A stretch of 64,000 bases of DNA, taken from NCBI GenBank assembly GCA_035645495.1, contig DASQMM010000267.1, positions 1,015-65,014 of the forward strand, written 5' to 3'. The notes under the pieces were generated by a model. It made no database searches, had not been told where the DNA came from, and worked only from the letters and a program-made list of their open reading frames with translations. Made by a program: the position numbers and the translations under genes. Below, one piece after another: positions 32,311 through 42,989 of the stretch. Source of the DNA: Brevibacillus sp. Its GTDB lineage: Bacteria; Bacillota; Bacilli; Brevibacillales; Brevibacillaceae. The first letter of the stretch is position 1; every line of letters begins with the position of its first letter.

Positions 32311-32348
32311 AAAAAACGCTTGGATTCCATAAAATCCAGGCGTTTTTT
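32311..32348. terminator. Bidirectional terminator
   Basis: AAAAAACGCTTGGATT...AATCCAGGCGTTTTTT. Confidence 0.8.
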
Positions 32349-32355
32349 GTGTCCG

Positions 32356-33744
32356 TCATTCCTTTGGCTGGATCATCTGTTCAGGTCTTACGATTTGATC
32401 AAATTGCTCCTCGGTCAACAGATTGCTTTTTATCGCCGCTTCTTTTAGCGTCAAGCCTTCCTTGTGGGCCAGCTTGGCGATAGAGGCGGCATTTTCGTAG
32501 CCAATATGCGGATTCAAAGCCGTCACAAGCATGAGCGAGTTCTTCAGATTGCGCTCGATGACCGCCAGATTAGGCTCAATGCCGACCGCGCAGTTCTCGG
32601 TAAAGGAATGCATCGCGTCCGCCAGCAATCGCGCAGACTTCAGGAAATTGTAAATGATGACAGGCTTGAATACATTCAGCTCAAAATTGCCTTGGCTGGC
32701 GGCAAAACCAATCGCCGCATCATTGCCCATCACTTGGCAGGCGACCATCGTCATGGCTTCGCTTTGAGTCGGGTTTACCTTGCCCGGCATGATCGAGCTG
32801 CCTGGCTCATTGGCGGGAATCGTGATCTCGCCGATGCCTGTGCGCGGGCCGCTTGCCAGCCATCTCACATCGTTGGCAATCTTCATCAGGTCAGCCGCCA
32901 GCGCCTTGAAGGCACCGTGTACATGAACCAGCTCGTCGTGGCTGGTCAAAGCGTGGAATTTATTGACTGCTGTCTGGAAGGTCTTGCCCAATTGCTGACT
33001 GATCTCTTCCGCCACCATCTCGCCAAAACGAGGGTGTGCGTTGATTCCAGTCCCGACGGCGGTCCCTCCTATGGCCAACTCTCGCAGGTATTGCGCACTC
33101 TCCCGGATCATCTGTCCGCTTTTTTCCAGCATGCGGACCCAGCCGCTGATCTCCTGCCCCAATGTCAGCGGTGTGGCATCCTGCAGATGGGTACGTCCAA
33201 TCTTGATCACATCCATGAACGCAGAGCTTTTCTCTTGCAGGGTCTCTTGCAGTCTGGCCAACGCAGGCTGAACCTGGTCCTCGACAGCCACCAAAGCCGC
33301 CATGTGCATCGCGGTAGGAAACGTATCGTTGGAGCTCTGCGACTTGTTTACATCGTCATTCGCATGAATCCGTGCCGAGCTTCCGGCTTGCTCCAGCAGC
33401 TGGTTGGCGCGGTGGGCAATCACCTCGTTGACATTCATGTTGGATTGGGTGCCGCTACCCGTCTGCCAAACTACAAGCGGAAAATGCTCATCCCATTTCC
33501 CGGCAATCACTTCATCTACAGCAGCTACGATTGCTTTCGCCTTCTCCCCGTCCAGCTTGCCCAGCTTTTGGTTGGCGAGCGCTGCGCTTTTTTTCAATAC
33601 AGCAAGCATGTGGACGATCTCCAAGGGCATCTTCTCGCTGCCAATGCGGAAGTTCTGCAAGCTGCGCTGGGTTTGCGCCCCCCACAATTTGTCCGCCGGT
33701 ACCTTCATCTCTCCCAGTGTGTCCTTCTCGATGCGATAATCCAT
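32356..33744 (-). CDS. fumC: Fumarate hydratase class II
   Basis: [11 protein letters not shown] signature, QTGSGT and [10 protein letters not shown] motifs. Confidence 0.96.
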   Translation of the reverse strand: MDYRIEKDTLGEMKVPADKLWGAQTQRSLQNFRIGSEKMPLEIVHMLAVLKKSAALANQKLGKLDGEKAKAIVAAVDEVIAGKWDEHFPLVVWQTGSGTQSNMNVNEVIAHRANQLLEQAGSSARIHANDDVNKSQSSNDTFPTAMHMAALVAVEDQVQPALARLQETLQEKSSAFMDVIKIGRTHLQDATPLTLGQEISGWVRMLEKSGQMIRESAQYLRELAIGGTAVGTGINAHPRFGEMVAEEISQQLGKTFQTAVNKFHALTSHDELVHVHGAFKALAADLMKIANDVRWLASGPRTGIGEITIPANEPGSSIMPGKVNPTQSEAMTMVACQVMGNDAAIGFAASQGNFELNVFKPVIIYNFLKSARLLADAMHSFTENCAVGIEPNLAVIERNLKNSLMLVTALNPHIGYENAASIAKLAHKEGLTLKEAAIKSNLLTEEQFDQIVRPEQMIQPKE

Positions 33745-33823
33745 GCTATATCCCCCTTTTTTGGTATTCTCCGCTTTATCATGCCCAGCTTTTGCCTGTC
33801 GGGAATCACGGACAAAGAAGAAA

Positions 33824-33857
33824 GACCGATCCGCCTTTCCTTAGGCTGCAATCGGTC
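33824..33857 (-). terminator. Terminator after mgtC
   Basis: GACCGAT...ATCGGTC stem with a T-rich tail on the minus strand. Confidence 0.55.
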
Positions 33858-33873
33858 CTCGTCCATCTTTCGG

Positions 33874-34557
33874 TCACCTGCTCTCCACTTCTACAGAAGC
33901 GATGTGGCTCACATGCTTGAGCGAGCTGTAAATATCCGTGGTATACGTATCTTCAGGCGCAGTAATCATCATCTCCAGCTTTTTCTGTCCATTCTCGACA
34001 TCCTTTACTTTTACCCGTTTCACCTGCATGTCCAGATGTTTAATTTGTTTAAATACCTCGTCCAAATCTCCATGTTCCAGCACGATGATTTTGAGTGACA
34101 GGTCTCTTTGCCGCAACGAGCTGGGACCTACCCATCTGAGAATCAGCGGGAATACATTGATCGCCAGGATAATCAGAAGAGTCGCGGAGACGGCTTCAAA
34201 ATAAAAGCCTGCCCCTACCGCAATTCCCAATCCAGAGGCAGCCCATACCATCGATGCAGTGGTCAAGCCAGAGATCACGTCATTGCTTCTGCGCAGAATC
34301 ACGCCTGCCCCGAGAAAACCAACGCCGCTGACAATTTGGGCAGCGAGGCGCATCGCGTCCATATTCGTTCCGGAAGGCATGGAGAAGCGTGGCACGGATT
34401 CGATCGAGACAATCGTAATCAGACAGCTGGCTACCGATATAACCATGCTTGTTTTGACACCAAGCGGCTTATGCTTGAGCTGTCTGTCTACACCAATTAA
34501 TAATCCTAAAAAAAGTGCGACACCCAGTTTGAATAAAAAATCAAGGTCAAACGTCAT
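33874..34557 (-). CDS. MgtC/SapB family protein
   Basis: RLAAQIVSGVGFLGAG and GLTTA motifs; C-terminal ACT-like domain. Confidence 0.9.
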   Translation of the reverse strand: MTFDLDFLFKLGVALFLGLLIGVDRQLKHKPLGVKTSMVISVASCLITIVSIESVPRFSMPSGTNMDAMRLAAQIVSGVGFLGAGVILRRSNDVISGLTTASMVWAASGLGIAVGAGFYFEAVSATLLIILAINVFPLILRWVGPSSLRQRDLSLKIIVLEHGDLDEVFKQIKHLDMQVKRVKVKDVENGQKKLEMMITAPEDTYTTDIYSSLKHVSHIASVEVESR

Positions 34558-34717
34558 CTGCTCCTTCTCCTTCCTCCACTGCCATGTTAGTTTTCCTTAC
34601 ATCACTATAGTAAGTATACGTATATTTCAGGCATATTGTAAACATGCTTGGTTCCCTTCATACGAAAAAAGGAAAATCCCATGAACTGAGATTTTCCATC
34701 AGTTATCATTCCCATAT

Positions 34718-36076
34718 CTATGAGGCAGTCTCGCGAATCATTCGCTTTTGAAGCCGCAGCTGACGTCCAAAGAGGAAGATCGCGCCAGCCGCCAAGCCGG
34801 AAATCAGCCCGATCCAGTACCCGTAAGCCATAAAGGAGGTATACTGCGCCAGGACATAGCCAAGCGGCAAGCCGATGACCCAGTACGAGACCAGAGCTAC
34901 CACAAAAGGAATCGTAACGTCCTTGTACCCCCGCAACACCCCCTGGATTGGCGCCGCCACCGCATCCGAGATCAGGAACAGGATGGAATACATCAAGAAG
35001 CTTTGGGTCAAATGAAGCACCTGCGCATCCGTCGTATAAAAGCCAGCAACCTGTTCATTGAAAACATACAGGATAACGGCGAACAACAAGGCCAGGACAA
35101 CAGCACTGCCGATCCCCATATAGCTGTATTGTCTGGCATCACGGAACCGCTTCGCTCCGACCTCAAAGCCGACGAGAATCGTCAGCGACATGGAGATGCT
35201 CATCGGCACCATATAGATAAAGGAGGCAAAATTCATCGCCGCCTGATGCGCCGCAATGGTGACGGTGTTGTATTCACTCATCAGCAGGGTTACGGCCGCA
35301 AAAATACTTACTTCAAAGAAAATGGAAAAACCGATTGGCAAGCCCAGCTTGAGCAACTCTCGCCCTGCGTTCATGGAAAAGCGATACAGCTTGGTAAATA
35401 AGCCAAACTCCACAAAAGGAGAAACACGCTTCACAACATAGAGGCTGATGAGTAAAATGCACCAGAACGTGATCGCCGAAGCATACCCCGCTCCGACGCC
35501 GCCCAAGCGCGGAAAGCCGAATTTACCAAAAATTAGGACGTAGTTCAACACGACATTGATCGGCAAGGAAATCAGCGTGATCACCATCGTAATTCGCGTC
35601 TCTCCCAAAGCATCGATAAAACAGCGAATGACCGTATACAAGAATAATGGCAGGATGCCAATCGCAATCGCAAAAAGGTAATCATACGCGATCTGGCGTA
35701 CTTGTGGCTCCAATTGCATCATATCCAGGAGCGAATTGAGGGTCAAAGCCCCGAACAAAATCACAACAACGGAAATGATGACTGACATGTACAAAGCCTG
35801 CATGACGGTAAACGGCACCTCGTGTTTCTTGTCCGCCCCCACCATCTGGGCAACCATCGGCATCACAGCCATCAAGATCCCCGTCAAACCCGCCTGAACC
35901 GGCGCCCACAGGCTTGCTCCGATGGCTACTCCCGCCAAATCAACAGGACTTGCATGTCCTGACATGATCGTATCGAAAAACGTCATGGAAAATAAAGCTA
36001 ACTGCGAGATCAGAATAGGCAGCAAAACCGTAAGAAATTGACGCCATTTTGCTGACACTGAAAATGTTTCCATCAT
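34718..36076 (-). CDS. MATE family efflux transporter (NorM-like)
   Basis: 12 TMs; DTIMSG, LGGVGAG, AAHQAA and LRGYKD motifs. Confidence 0.92.
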   Translation of the reverse strand: MMETFSVSAKWRQFLTVLLPILISQLALFSMTFFDTIMSGHASPVDLAGVAIGASLWAPVQAGLTGILMAVMPMVAQMVGADKKHEVPFTVMQALYMSVIISVVVILFGALTLNSLLDMMQLEPQVRQIAYDYLFAIAIGILPLFLYTVIRCFIDALGETRITMVITLISLPINVVLNYVLIFGKFGFPRLGGVGAGYASAITFWCILLISLYVVKRVSPFVEFGLFTKLYRFSMNAGRELLKLGLPIGFSIFFEVSIFAAVTLLMSEYNTVTIAAHQAAMNFASFIYMVPMSISMSLTILVGFEVGAKRFRDARQYSYMGIGSAVVLALLFAVILYVFNEQVAGFYTTDAQVLHLTQSFLMYSILFLISDAVAAPIQGVLRGYKDVTIPFVVALVSYWVIGLPLGYVLAQYTSFMAYGYWIGLISGLAAGAIFLFGRQLRLQKRMIRETAS

Positions 36077-36223
36077 GGCATGATACTTCCTCACCACGGC
36101 AAACCCGTGAAAATATTTAATAGTAAATTATATCAGGAGGTACATAACCTTACAACAAGGAACTTTTGGCCAAAAGAAACCGCCAGGCGACACCACACCT
36201 GACGGCTTTATGAAATAACCTAT

Positions 36224-37933
36224 TTACATCAGCAAAAGAGGGACTACTTTTCCGGCATTGACATCGATCAAGCCCAGATCTGTGATTTTCAGGGCAGGGC
36301 TGACCGGCAAGGAATGCGTCGAAATAGACATGATCGGGTTGTAATGCTGATAACCCAGAGCCTCCATCGCCCTGCGGAGCTGCTCGACTTCCTTCGCCGT
36401 CTTCTCCAGCGGCTCTTCCGTCAGAATGCCTCCTACCGGCAAATGAAGACTCGCCTTCACCTGTCCATTCTCGACGACGACGAAGCCCCCTTGCATATTG
36501 ATCACTGCATTGGCTGCCACCATCATGTCGTGCGGATTGTGGCCGACGACCAGCAGATTGTGGTTGTCATGCGAATATGTCGTCGCGACCGCCCCGCGCT
36601 TGATCGTATCCCCGCTGATCAAGCCGTAGCCGCGATTGCCGTTTTTCCCATATCGTTCGAATACCGCGATCAGAGCGTACGGACTCTCTTCCCAGCGTAA
36701 TTCCCCTTCACGCACCTCCACGATCCCGCGATGATCCTCGGTAAACGTGGAGCCATCCTGCACCAGCATCACACGACAAGGGTAACGGTTATCCGGCACA
36801 TCGCATTTTACATGGAAATCGGATTCGCCGAGCGGCTCCAGGCGCACACTTCGGTAAAAATGCTCCGGGAATTGCTTGGGCTGAGGCGACTGCACGTAGT
36901 CCTCGCGAGCATCATATGCCTTTTTCCCGTTTTTATACACCTGTTCGATCGTGAACTGCTCCAGGTCCGAGACCAGCAGAAAATCGGCAATCTTGCCTGG
37001 CGCAATCGCGCCGCGGTCATGCATGTTCATCCGACGAGCAGGCGTAAATGTACTGGCGTAGATCGCCCGCTCCGGAGACATGCCCATCTGGATCGCCTTT
37101 TTCACGAGGTGATTCAGATGTCCCCGATTATACAGCGAGTCCGTCATCACATCATCGGTCACGAAGCAAAAATGTTCTGCCACATCATGTTCGATCAAAT
37201 AGGAAATGACTTCCGGTGTCATCGATTTTTCCTGCACCTCGATAAACATGCCGGCACTGATCCTCGCTTCCATGCCCTCCACAGTCTGATGCGTATGGTC
37301 CGAGTCCACACCGGCGTAAAGAATTTTGTGCAGGTCCAGATCAAGCAGCTTGGGAACATGGCCTTCGATGACGAGATCCGGGTAGTTTTCGCGCAAGTAG
37401 TTCAAAATCTGGTTGGTCTTGCAGTCGGGATCTGAGATCACATCCACATAGTTCATGATCTCGCCCATGCAGATCATTGACTCGTTTTGCAGCAGATCCT
37501 CGATGTCCGCGATCTCGATGGCTCCCCCCGTCGTCTCCATCGAAGTAGCTGGCACAGAGCTGGGAATCGCATATTTCATATCGACGACGCATTCGCGGCT
37601 TACGCGGATCATTTCCTTGATCCCCTCGATGCCGAATACATTGGCCATCTCATGCGGCTCAGGCACAATCGTCGTTACGCCGTTTTGAATCAATCCGTAT
37701 GAAAAGGTTTCTGGTGTGACCATCGTGCTTTCGATATGCAGGTGGATGTCCACCAGGCCCGGGATCAAATACTGTCCTTCTCCAGCCAAAATGGAAGCCG
37801 CCTCAAAGGTATCCGTACCGCACTGCCCGATGTAGAGGAATCTTCCGTCCAGGACCGCGACGTTGCCTGCAATGAATGTTTTCAAATAGCTGTTAAAGAC
37901 ACGCACATCCTGAATCAGCAAATCTACTTTCAT
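36224..37933 (-). CDS. Adenine deaminase family amidohydrolase
   Basis: DIHLHIES, EPHE, GEIMN, EGH, TDD and HDNHN motifs. Confidence 0.85.
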   Translation of the reverse strand: MKVDLLIQDVRVFNSYLKTFIAGNVAVLDGRFLYIGQCGTDTFEAASILAGEGQYLIPGLVDIHLHIESTMVTPETFSYGLIQNGVTTIVPEPHEMANVFGIEGIKEMIRVSRECVVDMKYAIPSSVPATSMETTGGAIEIADIEDLLQNESMICMGEIMNYVDVISDPDCKTNQILNYLRENYPDLVIEGHVPKLLDLDLHKILYAGVDSDHTHQTVEGMEARISAGMFIEVQEKSMTPEVISYLIEHDVAEHFCFVTDDVMTDSLYNRGHLNHLVKKAIQMGMSPERAIYASTFTPARRMNMHDRGAIAPGKIADFLLVSDLEQFTIEQVYKNGKKAYDAREDYVQSPQPKQFPEHFYRSVRLEPLGESDFHVKCDVPDNRYPCRVMLVQDGSTFTEDHRGIVEVREGELRWEESPYALIAVFERYGKNGNRGYGLISGDTIKRGAVATTYSHDNHNLLVVGHNPHDMMVAANAVINMQGGFVVVENGQVKASLHLPVGGILTEEPLEKTAKEVEQLRRAMEALGYQHYNPIMSISTHSLPVSPALKITDLGLIDVNAGKVVPLLLM

Positions 37934-37951
37934 GCAAAACCACTCCTGTCG

Positions 37952-39013
37952 TTAGTCCACCAGCACCATTTTGTCTTTAGGGAAAAGCAGGTGAACGGTC
38001 TGCCCGCTTTTGTACGGGGTCTCCATTTCCTGATTGACTGTAAAATCTCCGAGATCAGTCTCGACTACATATTGATAGCTCCGGCCCAAAAACGTGCTTA
38101 TCTTCACGGTTCCCGGCAAGCGATTTGTCTCAAGATCGGCTTGTGCCTCTGTCGTCACAATCAGATCATCCGGTCGCATCGCGCATTTTTTGGCGCTGGC
38201 ATTCGCTGTACCCGGGTTGTGGGTTGCTGTGAAACGCTGACCGCCCACCCGAAGCTCGATCTCGCCATCCTTTTCGCTGCGCTCTCCAAATGTAATGAAG
38301 TTGTTGAAGCCGATAAAGCGCGCGATAAATTCCGTCTTGGGATATTTGAAAATCGTCGCCGGATCATCCAACTGCTCAATGACGCCTTTATTCATAATGG
38401 CCACGCGATCCGAGATGGAGAAGCACTCCTCCTGGTCATGGGAAACGTAGACCGTGGTGATCCCCAGCTCTTGCTGGATGCGGCGAATCTCGACGCGCAT
38501 ATTGACCCGCAGATTGGCGTCCAGGTTGCTCAAGGGCTCGTCAAACAGCAAGAGGTCAGGCTGAATGACCAGCGCCCGGGCGATGGCTACACGCTGTCTC
38601 TGCCCGCCGGACAGCTCTTTGGGGAAGCGTTTCTCAAAGCCTCCCAGGCTGACGACATCCAGGATCTGCTCGACCCGCTGCTTTACCTCTGTCTCGCTGA
38701 CCTTGCGCAAACGAAGACCGAACGCGACATTGTCGAACACGGACATGTGTGGAAACAGAGCATAGCTTTGAAATACAAAGCCGAAATTGCGCTTGTTGAC
38801 CGGTACACGCGTGTAGTCTTTTCCATCAAATAGGAATCGGCCATCCTTCGCTTCCAGGAACCCTGCGATGAGGCGCAAGGTCGTCGTCTTGCCGCAGCCG
38901 CTCGGGCCCAGGAGTGAAATGAGTTGGCCTTTTTCAATATTCAGGTTGAAGTCTTTTAAAATGTACTGATTGTCGTAGGCAACCGATACGTTTTCCAGCG
39001 TGAGCAATGCCAT
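37952..39013 (-). CDS. ABC transporter ATPase (PotA-like)
   Basis: GPSGCGKT, LSGGQ and DEPLSNLD motifs; TOBE tail. Confidence 0.93.
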   Translation of the reverse strand: MALLTLENVSVAYDNQYILKDFNLNIEKGQLISLLGPSGCGKTTTLRLIAGFLEAKDGRFLFDGKDYTRVPVNKRNFGFVFQSYALFPHMSVFDNVAFGLRLRKVSETEVKQRVEQILDVVSLGGFEKRFPKELSGGQRQRVAIARALVIQPDLLLFDEPLSNLDANLRVNMRVEIRRIQQELGITTVYVSHDQEECFSISDRVAIMNKGVIEQLDDPATIFKYPKTEFIARFIGFNNFITFGERSEKDGEIELRVGGQRFTATHNPGTANASAKKCAMRPDDLIVTTEAQADLETNRLPGTVKISTFLGRSYQYVVETDLGDFTVNQEMETPYKSGQTVHLLFPKDKMVLVD

Positions 39014-39097
39014 GTTTTGATGCCTCCGTTATCGAGTGAAAAACGTCTCGACGTTTTTCATAGAATTGGATTTGACCGCTTGCGGTCAACAAAACGG

Positions 39098-39889
39098 TCA
39101 TGACCGTTTTGTAAAGTAGGAAAGCCCCATCATACGCTCAATGATAAACATCAGGATCGCGGTAATGATCATGAGCAGCACCGAAAGAGCAGCAATCGTC
39201 GGATCGAAGTTGTTTTCCACGTAAGTGAGCATCTGGATCGGCAGTGTACTAACCCCAGGTCCAGTCATAAAGACCGAGATGTCTACGTTGTTGAATGATT
39301 CCAGAAAGGCAATCAGAATCGCCGCAATAATCCCTGAGCGGATATTGGGCAGCACGACCTTGAAAAACGTCTCGACCTTCCCGGCTCCAAGACTGAGCGC
39401 CGCTTCCTCGATTGCGAAGTCGAAGTTGGACAAGCTCGAGGCTACCACACGGATGATAAACGGGAGCATGATCACGGTATGTCCGATCAACAGCCCCGCA
39501 TAGATCGGCAAATTGTAGGTAATAATCACGTACTTTAGCATCGCAAAACCCATGACAATGCCTGGAATCAGGACAGGGGAGATAAAAACGGCGTTCAGCA
39601 GCCCTTTTCCCTTGAACTGAAAGCGGCTTAACGCGTATGCCGCCGGAACACCCAGCAGCAGGGCCAGCAGGTTCCCGACCAGCGAGACGAACATGGACGT
39701 GCCAAAGGTTGTCATGAACATCTTCACTTCAAAAATGTTTTCATACCAGCGCCAGGAAAAGCCTTCCGGCGGGAACTTCAAGACTGTGCCAGGTTCAAAT
39801 GACGTAAACGAAATGATGACGAGCGGCCCGAGCAAGAACACGAACACCAGAAGTGTAAACAGGGCCAACCCGCGATTTTTTTCCTGCAT
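39098..39889 (-). CDS. ABC permease (PotC-like)
   Basis: EEAALSLGA EAA motif; TMs. Confidence 0.92.
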   Translation of the reverse strand: MQEKNRGLALFTLLVFVFLLGPLVIISFTSFEPGTVLKFPPEGFSWRWYENIFEVKMFMTTFGTSMFVSLVGNLLALLLGVPAAYALSRFQFKGKGLLNAVFISPVLIPGIVMGFAMLKYVIITYNLPIYAGLLIGHTVIMLPFIIRVVASSLSNFDFAIEEAALSLGAGKVETFFKVVLPNIRSGIIAAILIAFLESFNNVDISVFMTGPGVSTLPIQMLTYVENNFDPTIAALSVLLMIITAILMFIIERMMGLSYFTKRS

Positions 39890-39895
39890 ACCCTT

Positions 39896-40717
39896 CTACC
39901 CCTTCGGATTTAATTTCGTCGCGATTTTATTCATCAGGCCAATCACCACAAACGTAATCACGATCATGATCGTCGCAATCACCGATGCCATGTGCCAATC
40001 ATTCAAGGTAATCGCATTCTGGTACAGGAACGTAGAGATGACGCCTTGTTTTCCGCCCAGCAAGGCAGGTGTCGTATAGGCGGTTAGACTGCCTACGAAG
40101 ACCAGAATGCTGCCGATGATCAGGCCCGGCATGCTCAAGGGCAAAATCACTTGGCGAAACGCCGTAAACCGGGAAGCGCCGAGGCTTTCCGCCGCTTTCA
40201 GCAGATCGGGATCGATATTTTCCATGACACCTACCAGCGTGATAATGATCAGCGGCAAAAACAGATGAATCAACCCAATCATCATCGCAGTAGGGGTATA
40301 CAAGATCTCCAACGGCTTTTCAATCAGTCCGATCGAGAGGAGGGAACTGTTGAGCAGCCCTTTTTTTCCGAGGATGATCATCCAGCTAAAGGATCGGACG
40401 ACTGAGCTTGTCAGCAAGGGGAAGATCGCCAAAGCCAGCAAAATGCCTTTTTTACGCGCTCCCAGCTTGGAGATGTAATACGCTGCGGGAAAACCGAGCA
40501 GAATGCAAACGATTGTTGTGACGAGGCTGACGCGCAGTGTCGTCCACAAGATTTTCAAATTGTACGGATCAGTAAGGAAGGTAAAATAGCCTTGTACAGT
40601 AAAGCTGCCTTCCTGGTAGAAGGTCGAAGCAATGGTCATCACGATCGGAATGACCAGAAACAGCGTCAAAAACAGGACGCCAGGTAGCAACAACAGATAC
40701 ATGCCCTTATTTTTCAT
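39896..40717 (-). CDS. ABC permease (PotB-like)
   Basis: KAAESLGA EAA motif and TPALLGG. Confidence 0.92.
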   Translation of the reverse strand: MKNKGMYLLLLPGVLFLTLFLVIPIVMTIASTFYQEGSFTVQGYFTFLTDPYNLKILWTTLRVSLVTTIVCILLGFPAAYYISKLGARKKGILLALAIFPLLTSSVVRSFSWMIILGKKGLLNSSLLSIGLIEKPLEILYTPTAMMIGLIHLFLPLIIITLVGVMENIDPDLLKAAESLGASRFTAFRQVILPLSMPGLIIGSILVFVGSLTAYTTPALLGGKQGVISTFLYQNAITLNDWHMASVIATIMIVITFVVIGLMNKIATKLNPKG

Positions 40718-40743
40718 CGCTTTAACTCCTGTTCGCGGTATCG

Positions 40744-41673
40744 TCAGGCTTTCAGCACGCGGATAAACTGATCAAAAAAGGCTTGTGCATCCACGTCCAG
40801 ACACACGTTCATGTTTGGCTCTTTCATCAGCCTGTTCTGAAAATCACAGACCGTCTGTCCATCGCACAACTCGCTTTTTGTCTCCACATCGACGTACAGC
40901 TTCTGCGTCTTCACCAGATCGGGGGAGATCGCCACTGCAACTGCCAGCGGATCATGCAGCGCGCAGGCACGCACACCGTTTCGCTCAAAATAACGCTCCG
41001 TGTATTCCGACGTGCTCTGTCTGACGTAAGCTGCCATCGGAGTGTCGCCCAAGTCTTGAATATGTGATTCATGCAGCAATACCCTGCGCGTCACATCGAG
41101 GCCGACCATCGTAAGGGAAGGAAATCCGGCGTGAAACACGATTTTGGCGGCTTCGGGATCTACATACATGTTGTACTCCGCTGTCGGGGTAACATTGCCG
41201 TGTTCCTTCACAACCCCGCCCATGAAAATGACTTCTTTAACCTGGTGGACCAGCTCGGGGTATTTGCTGACAGCCAAAGCGAGGTTAGTCAGGGGGCCGG
41301 TCATGATCAACGTCACTTCACCGGGATGCATTTTTACTTGCTCAATCATAAAATCGGGGGCAAAGCCTTCCTGCGGCTTGGTCGAAACCGGAACATCGCG
41401 CAACGCGCCTCCCAGACCGTCTTCCCCGTGTATGCGATGCTCAAAATAGACGTGGCGTAGTAATGGACGAGATGCACCGCGTATCACCGGAATCTCTTGT
41501 CCGGCTTGCAGGAAGTCCAGGATTTTGCAGGTATTCTCCGTTGCTTTCGCTAAGGAGACATTGCCGTTTACCGTGGTAATTCCCAGCACATTACATTGGC
41601 CGCTTTTGACAGCCAGCATGATGCCCAGCGCATCATCTACCCCCGTGTCCACGTCCAAGACGATCTTTTTCAT
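40744..41673 (-). CDS. Nucleoside hydrolase (IU-NH family)
   Basis: DVDTGVDD, GPLTN, AEYN and LHD motifs. Confidence 0.92.
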   Translation of the reverse strand: MKKIVLDVDTGVDDALGIMLAVKSGQCNVLGITTVNGNVSLAKATENTCKILDFLQAGQEIPVIRGASRPLLRHVYFEHRIHGEDGLGGALRDVPVSTKPQEGFAPDFMIEQVKMHPGEVTLIMTGPLTNLALAVSKYPELVHQVKEVIFMGGVVKEHGNVTPTAEYNMYVDPEAAKIVFHAGFPSLTMVGLDVTRRVLLHESHIQDLGDTPMAAYVRQSTSEYTERYFERNGVRACALHDPLAVAVAISPDLVKTQKLYVDVETKSELCDGQTVCDFQNRLMKEPNMNVCLDVDAQAFFDQFIRVLKA

Positions 41674-41690
41674 ACGCCAACCTCCTTTTT

Positions 41691-41732
41691 AAAAAAAGCA
41701 AGGGTATATACGGCTTCGCTATACCCTTGCTT
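41691..41732 (-). terminator. Internal terminator-like hairpin after the SBP gene
   Basis: AAGCAAGGGTATA/TATACCCTTGCTT stem plus a T run on the minus strand. Confidence 0.7.
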
Positions 41733-41748
41733 GTTCGATTCCCCGTGC

Positions 41749-42825
41749 TTATTGGACGATTTCACGGTTCCAACGGTCAATCCATGCTTTGGATTTCTCG
41801 TTGACTGCTTTCATGTCCAGCTTGCGCAATTTGCTGATGGTTTCCTCGCCGTAGGTAATGCCTTTGGCTTCTTCGTCAGTCAAGGAAAGCGTCTTGTTAA
41901 CAGGAGAGTCTACTTTGGCTTTTGCTGCCTTCTCTTGAACTTCCTTGCTCAGCTGGTAGTTGATAAAGTCTTCTGCGAGCTCTTTATTTTTGCTGCCTTT
42001 CACGATATTGACGGTATTCATGACAGCGTATCCGCCTTCTTCAGGAGAGACGAATTTTGCCTCTGGCACAGCAGCCTGGATGTCTTTGAAGTACATTTCC
42101 ATGATCGGGCCTACTGCAATCTCTTCCTGGGTGAACATGTTTACATACTCAGAGGTTTTGTCGTAGTATTTGACAACTCCGCTATTGATCTCTTTCATTT
42201 TGGCGAAAGCCTGATCCTCATTGAAGCTTTGGTTCCCCGCTACCAGAGATGCAGCGTCCAGGATCATCGGTCCGGTCGTGGAAGTGATGTTAGGCAATGT
42301 CAGCTTCCCGGTCAACTCCGGATTCCACAGGTCTGCCCAGGATTTGATTTCGGTTTTGACCAGATTCGGATTATAGGCGATACCGAATTGACCGATGGTA
42401 TATGCAGGGCCGTAATCCTCCCCGAGAGGAGCTTTGGCAATGTCGTAAATGTCATTCAGGTTAGAAATGCGGCTGCGGTCGATCTTCTCAAACACTCCAG
42501 CATCGATTCCTTGTTGCGCATAGTAGTCAGAGAGGTAGACCAAGTCTACAGAAGAACTGCCCTGGCGAATTTTATTCAGGCGCTCGGCGTTGTTTCCGAT
42601 CTCCAAAACGATCTCGACGTTATGCTCTTTTTCAAATGGCTCATAAATCTCTTTACGGAAGAAGTCCTCCGAAAAACCCCAAGTGGAGATGACCAATTTG
42701 GTTGGCGCTCCTTTTGGTGCTTCGCCATTCTCCCCTGGCTGTTGGGCTTGTTCTCCCCCGCCACAGCCTGCTAGCGCCAACGAAAGGGCAGAAACGGAAA
42801 GTAGTGATGTGAAAAGCTTTTTCAT
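41749..42825 (-). CDS. ABC substrate-binding lipoprotein (PotD-like fold)
   Basis: Lipobox LAGC; SWADLW and PEEG motifs. Confidence 0.88.
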   Translation of the reverse strand: MKKLFTSLLSVSALSLALAGCGGGEQAQQPGENGEAPKGAPTKLVISTWGFSEDFFRKEIYEPFEKEHNVEIVLEIGNNAERLNKIRQGSSSVDLVYLSDYYAQQGIDAGVFEKIDRSRISNLNDIYDIAKAPLGEDYGPAYTIGQFGIAYNPNLVKTEIKSWADLWNPELTGKLTLPNITSTTGPMILDAASLVAGNQSFNEDQAFAKMKEINSGVVKYYDKTSEYVNMFTQEEIAVGPIMEMYFKDIQAAVPEAKFVSPEEGGYAVMNTVNIVKGSKNKELAEDFINYQLSKEVQEKAAKAKVDSPVNKTLSLTDEEAKGITYGEETISKLRKLDMKAVNEKSKAWIDRWNREIVQ

Positions 42826-42850
42826 GTCAGATAACCCCCATTTTTTGGTA

Positions 42851-42960
42851 AATAAAGAAAAGAAAAGTACCCTTGGTTAGAAAAATTCCTTCTAAACAAG
42901 AGCACTTTTCTTCGTAAACAAAGAGAAGCACATCTGTTTGATCGAATACCGGGTCTTTCC
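42851..42960 (-). promoter_or_regulatory. Candidate attenuator leader (terminator with overlapping alternative stems)
   Basis: Terminator stem 42860-42912 with G:U pairs on the minus strand and a U-rich tail; alternative stems at 42902-42931 and 42916-42939. Confidence 0.55.
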
Positions 42961-42989
42961 TTAAGATGAATCAAAAGAAAAAATCCCAG

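Noticed and set aside
32464-34098. 544-aa plus-strand ORF
   Set aside because: Antisense shadow of fumC/mgtC caused by codon bias
34558-34717. M-box riboswitch upstream of mgtC
   Set aside because: No M-box consensus recognised; only a small terminator-like hairpin
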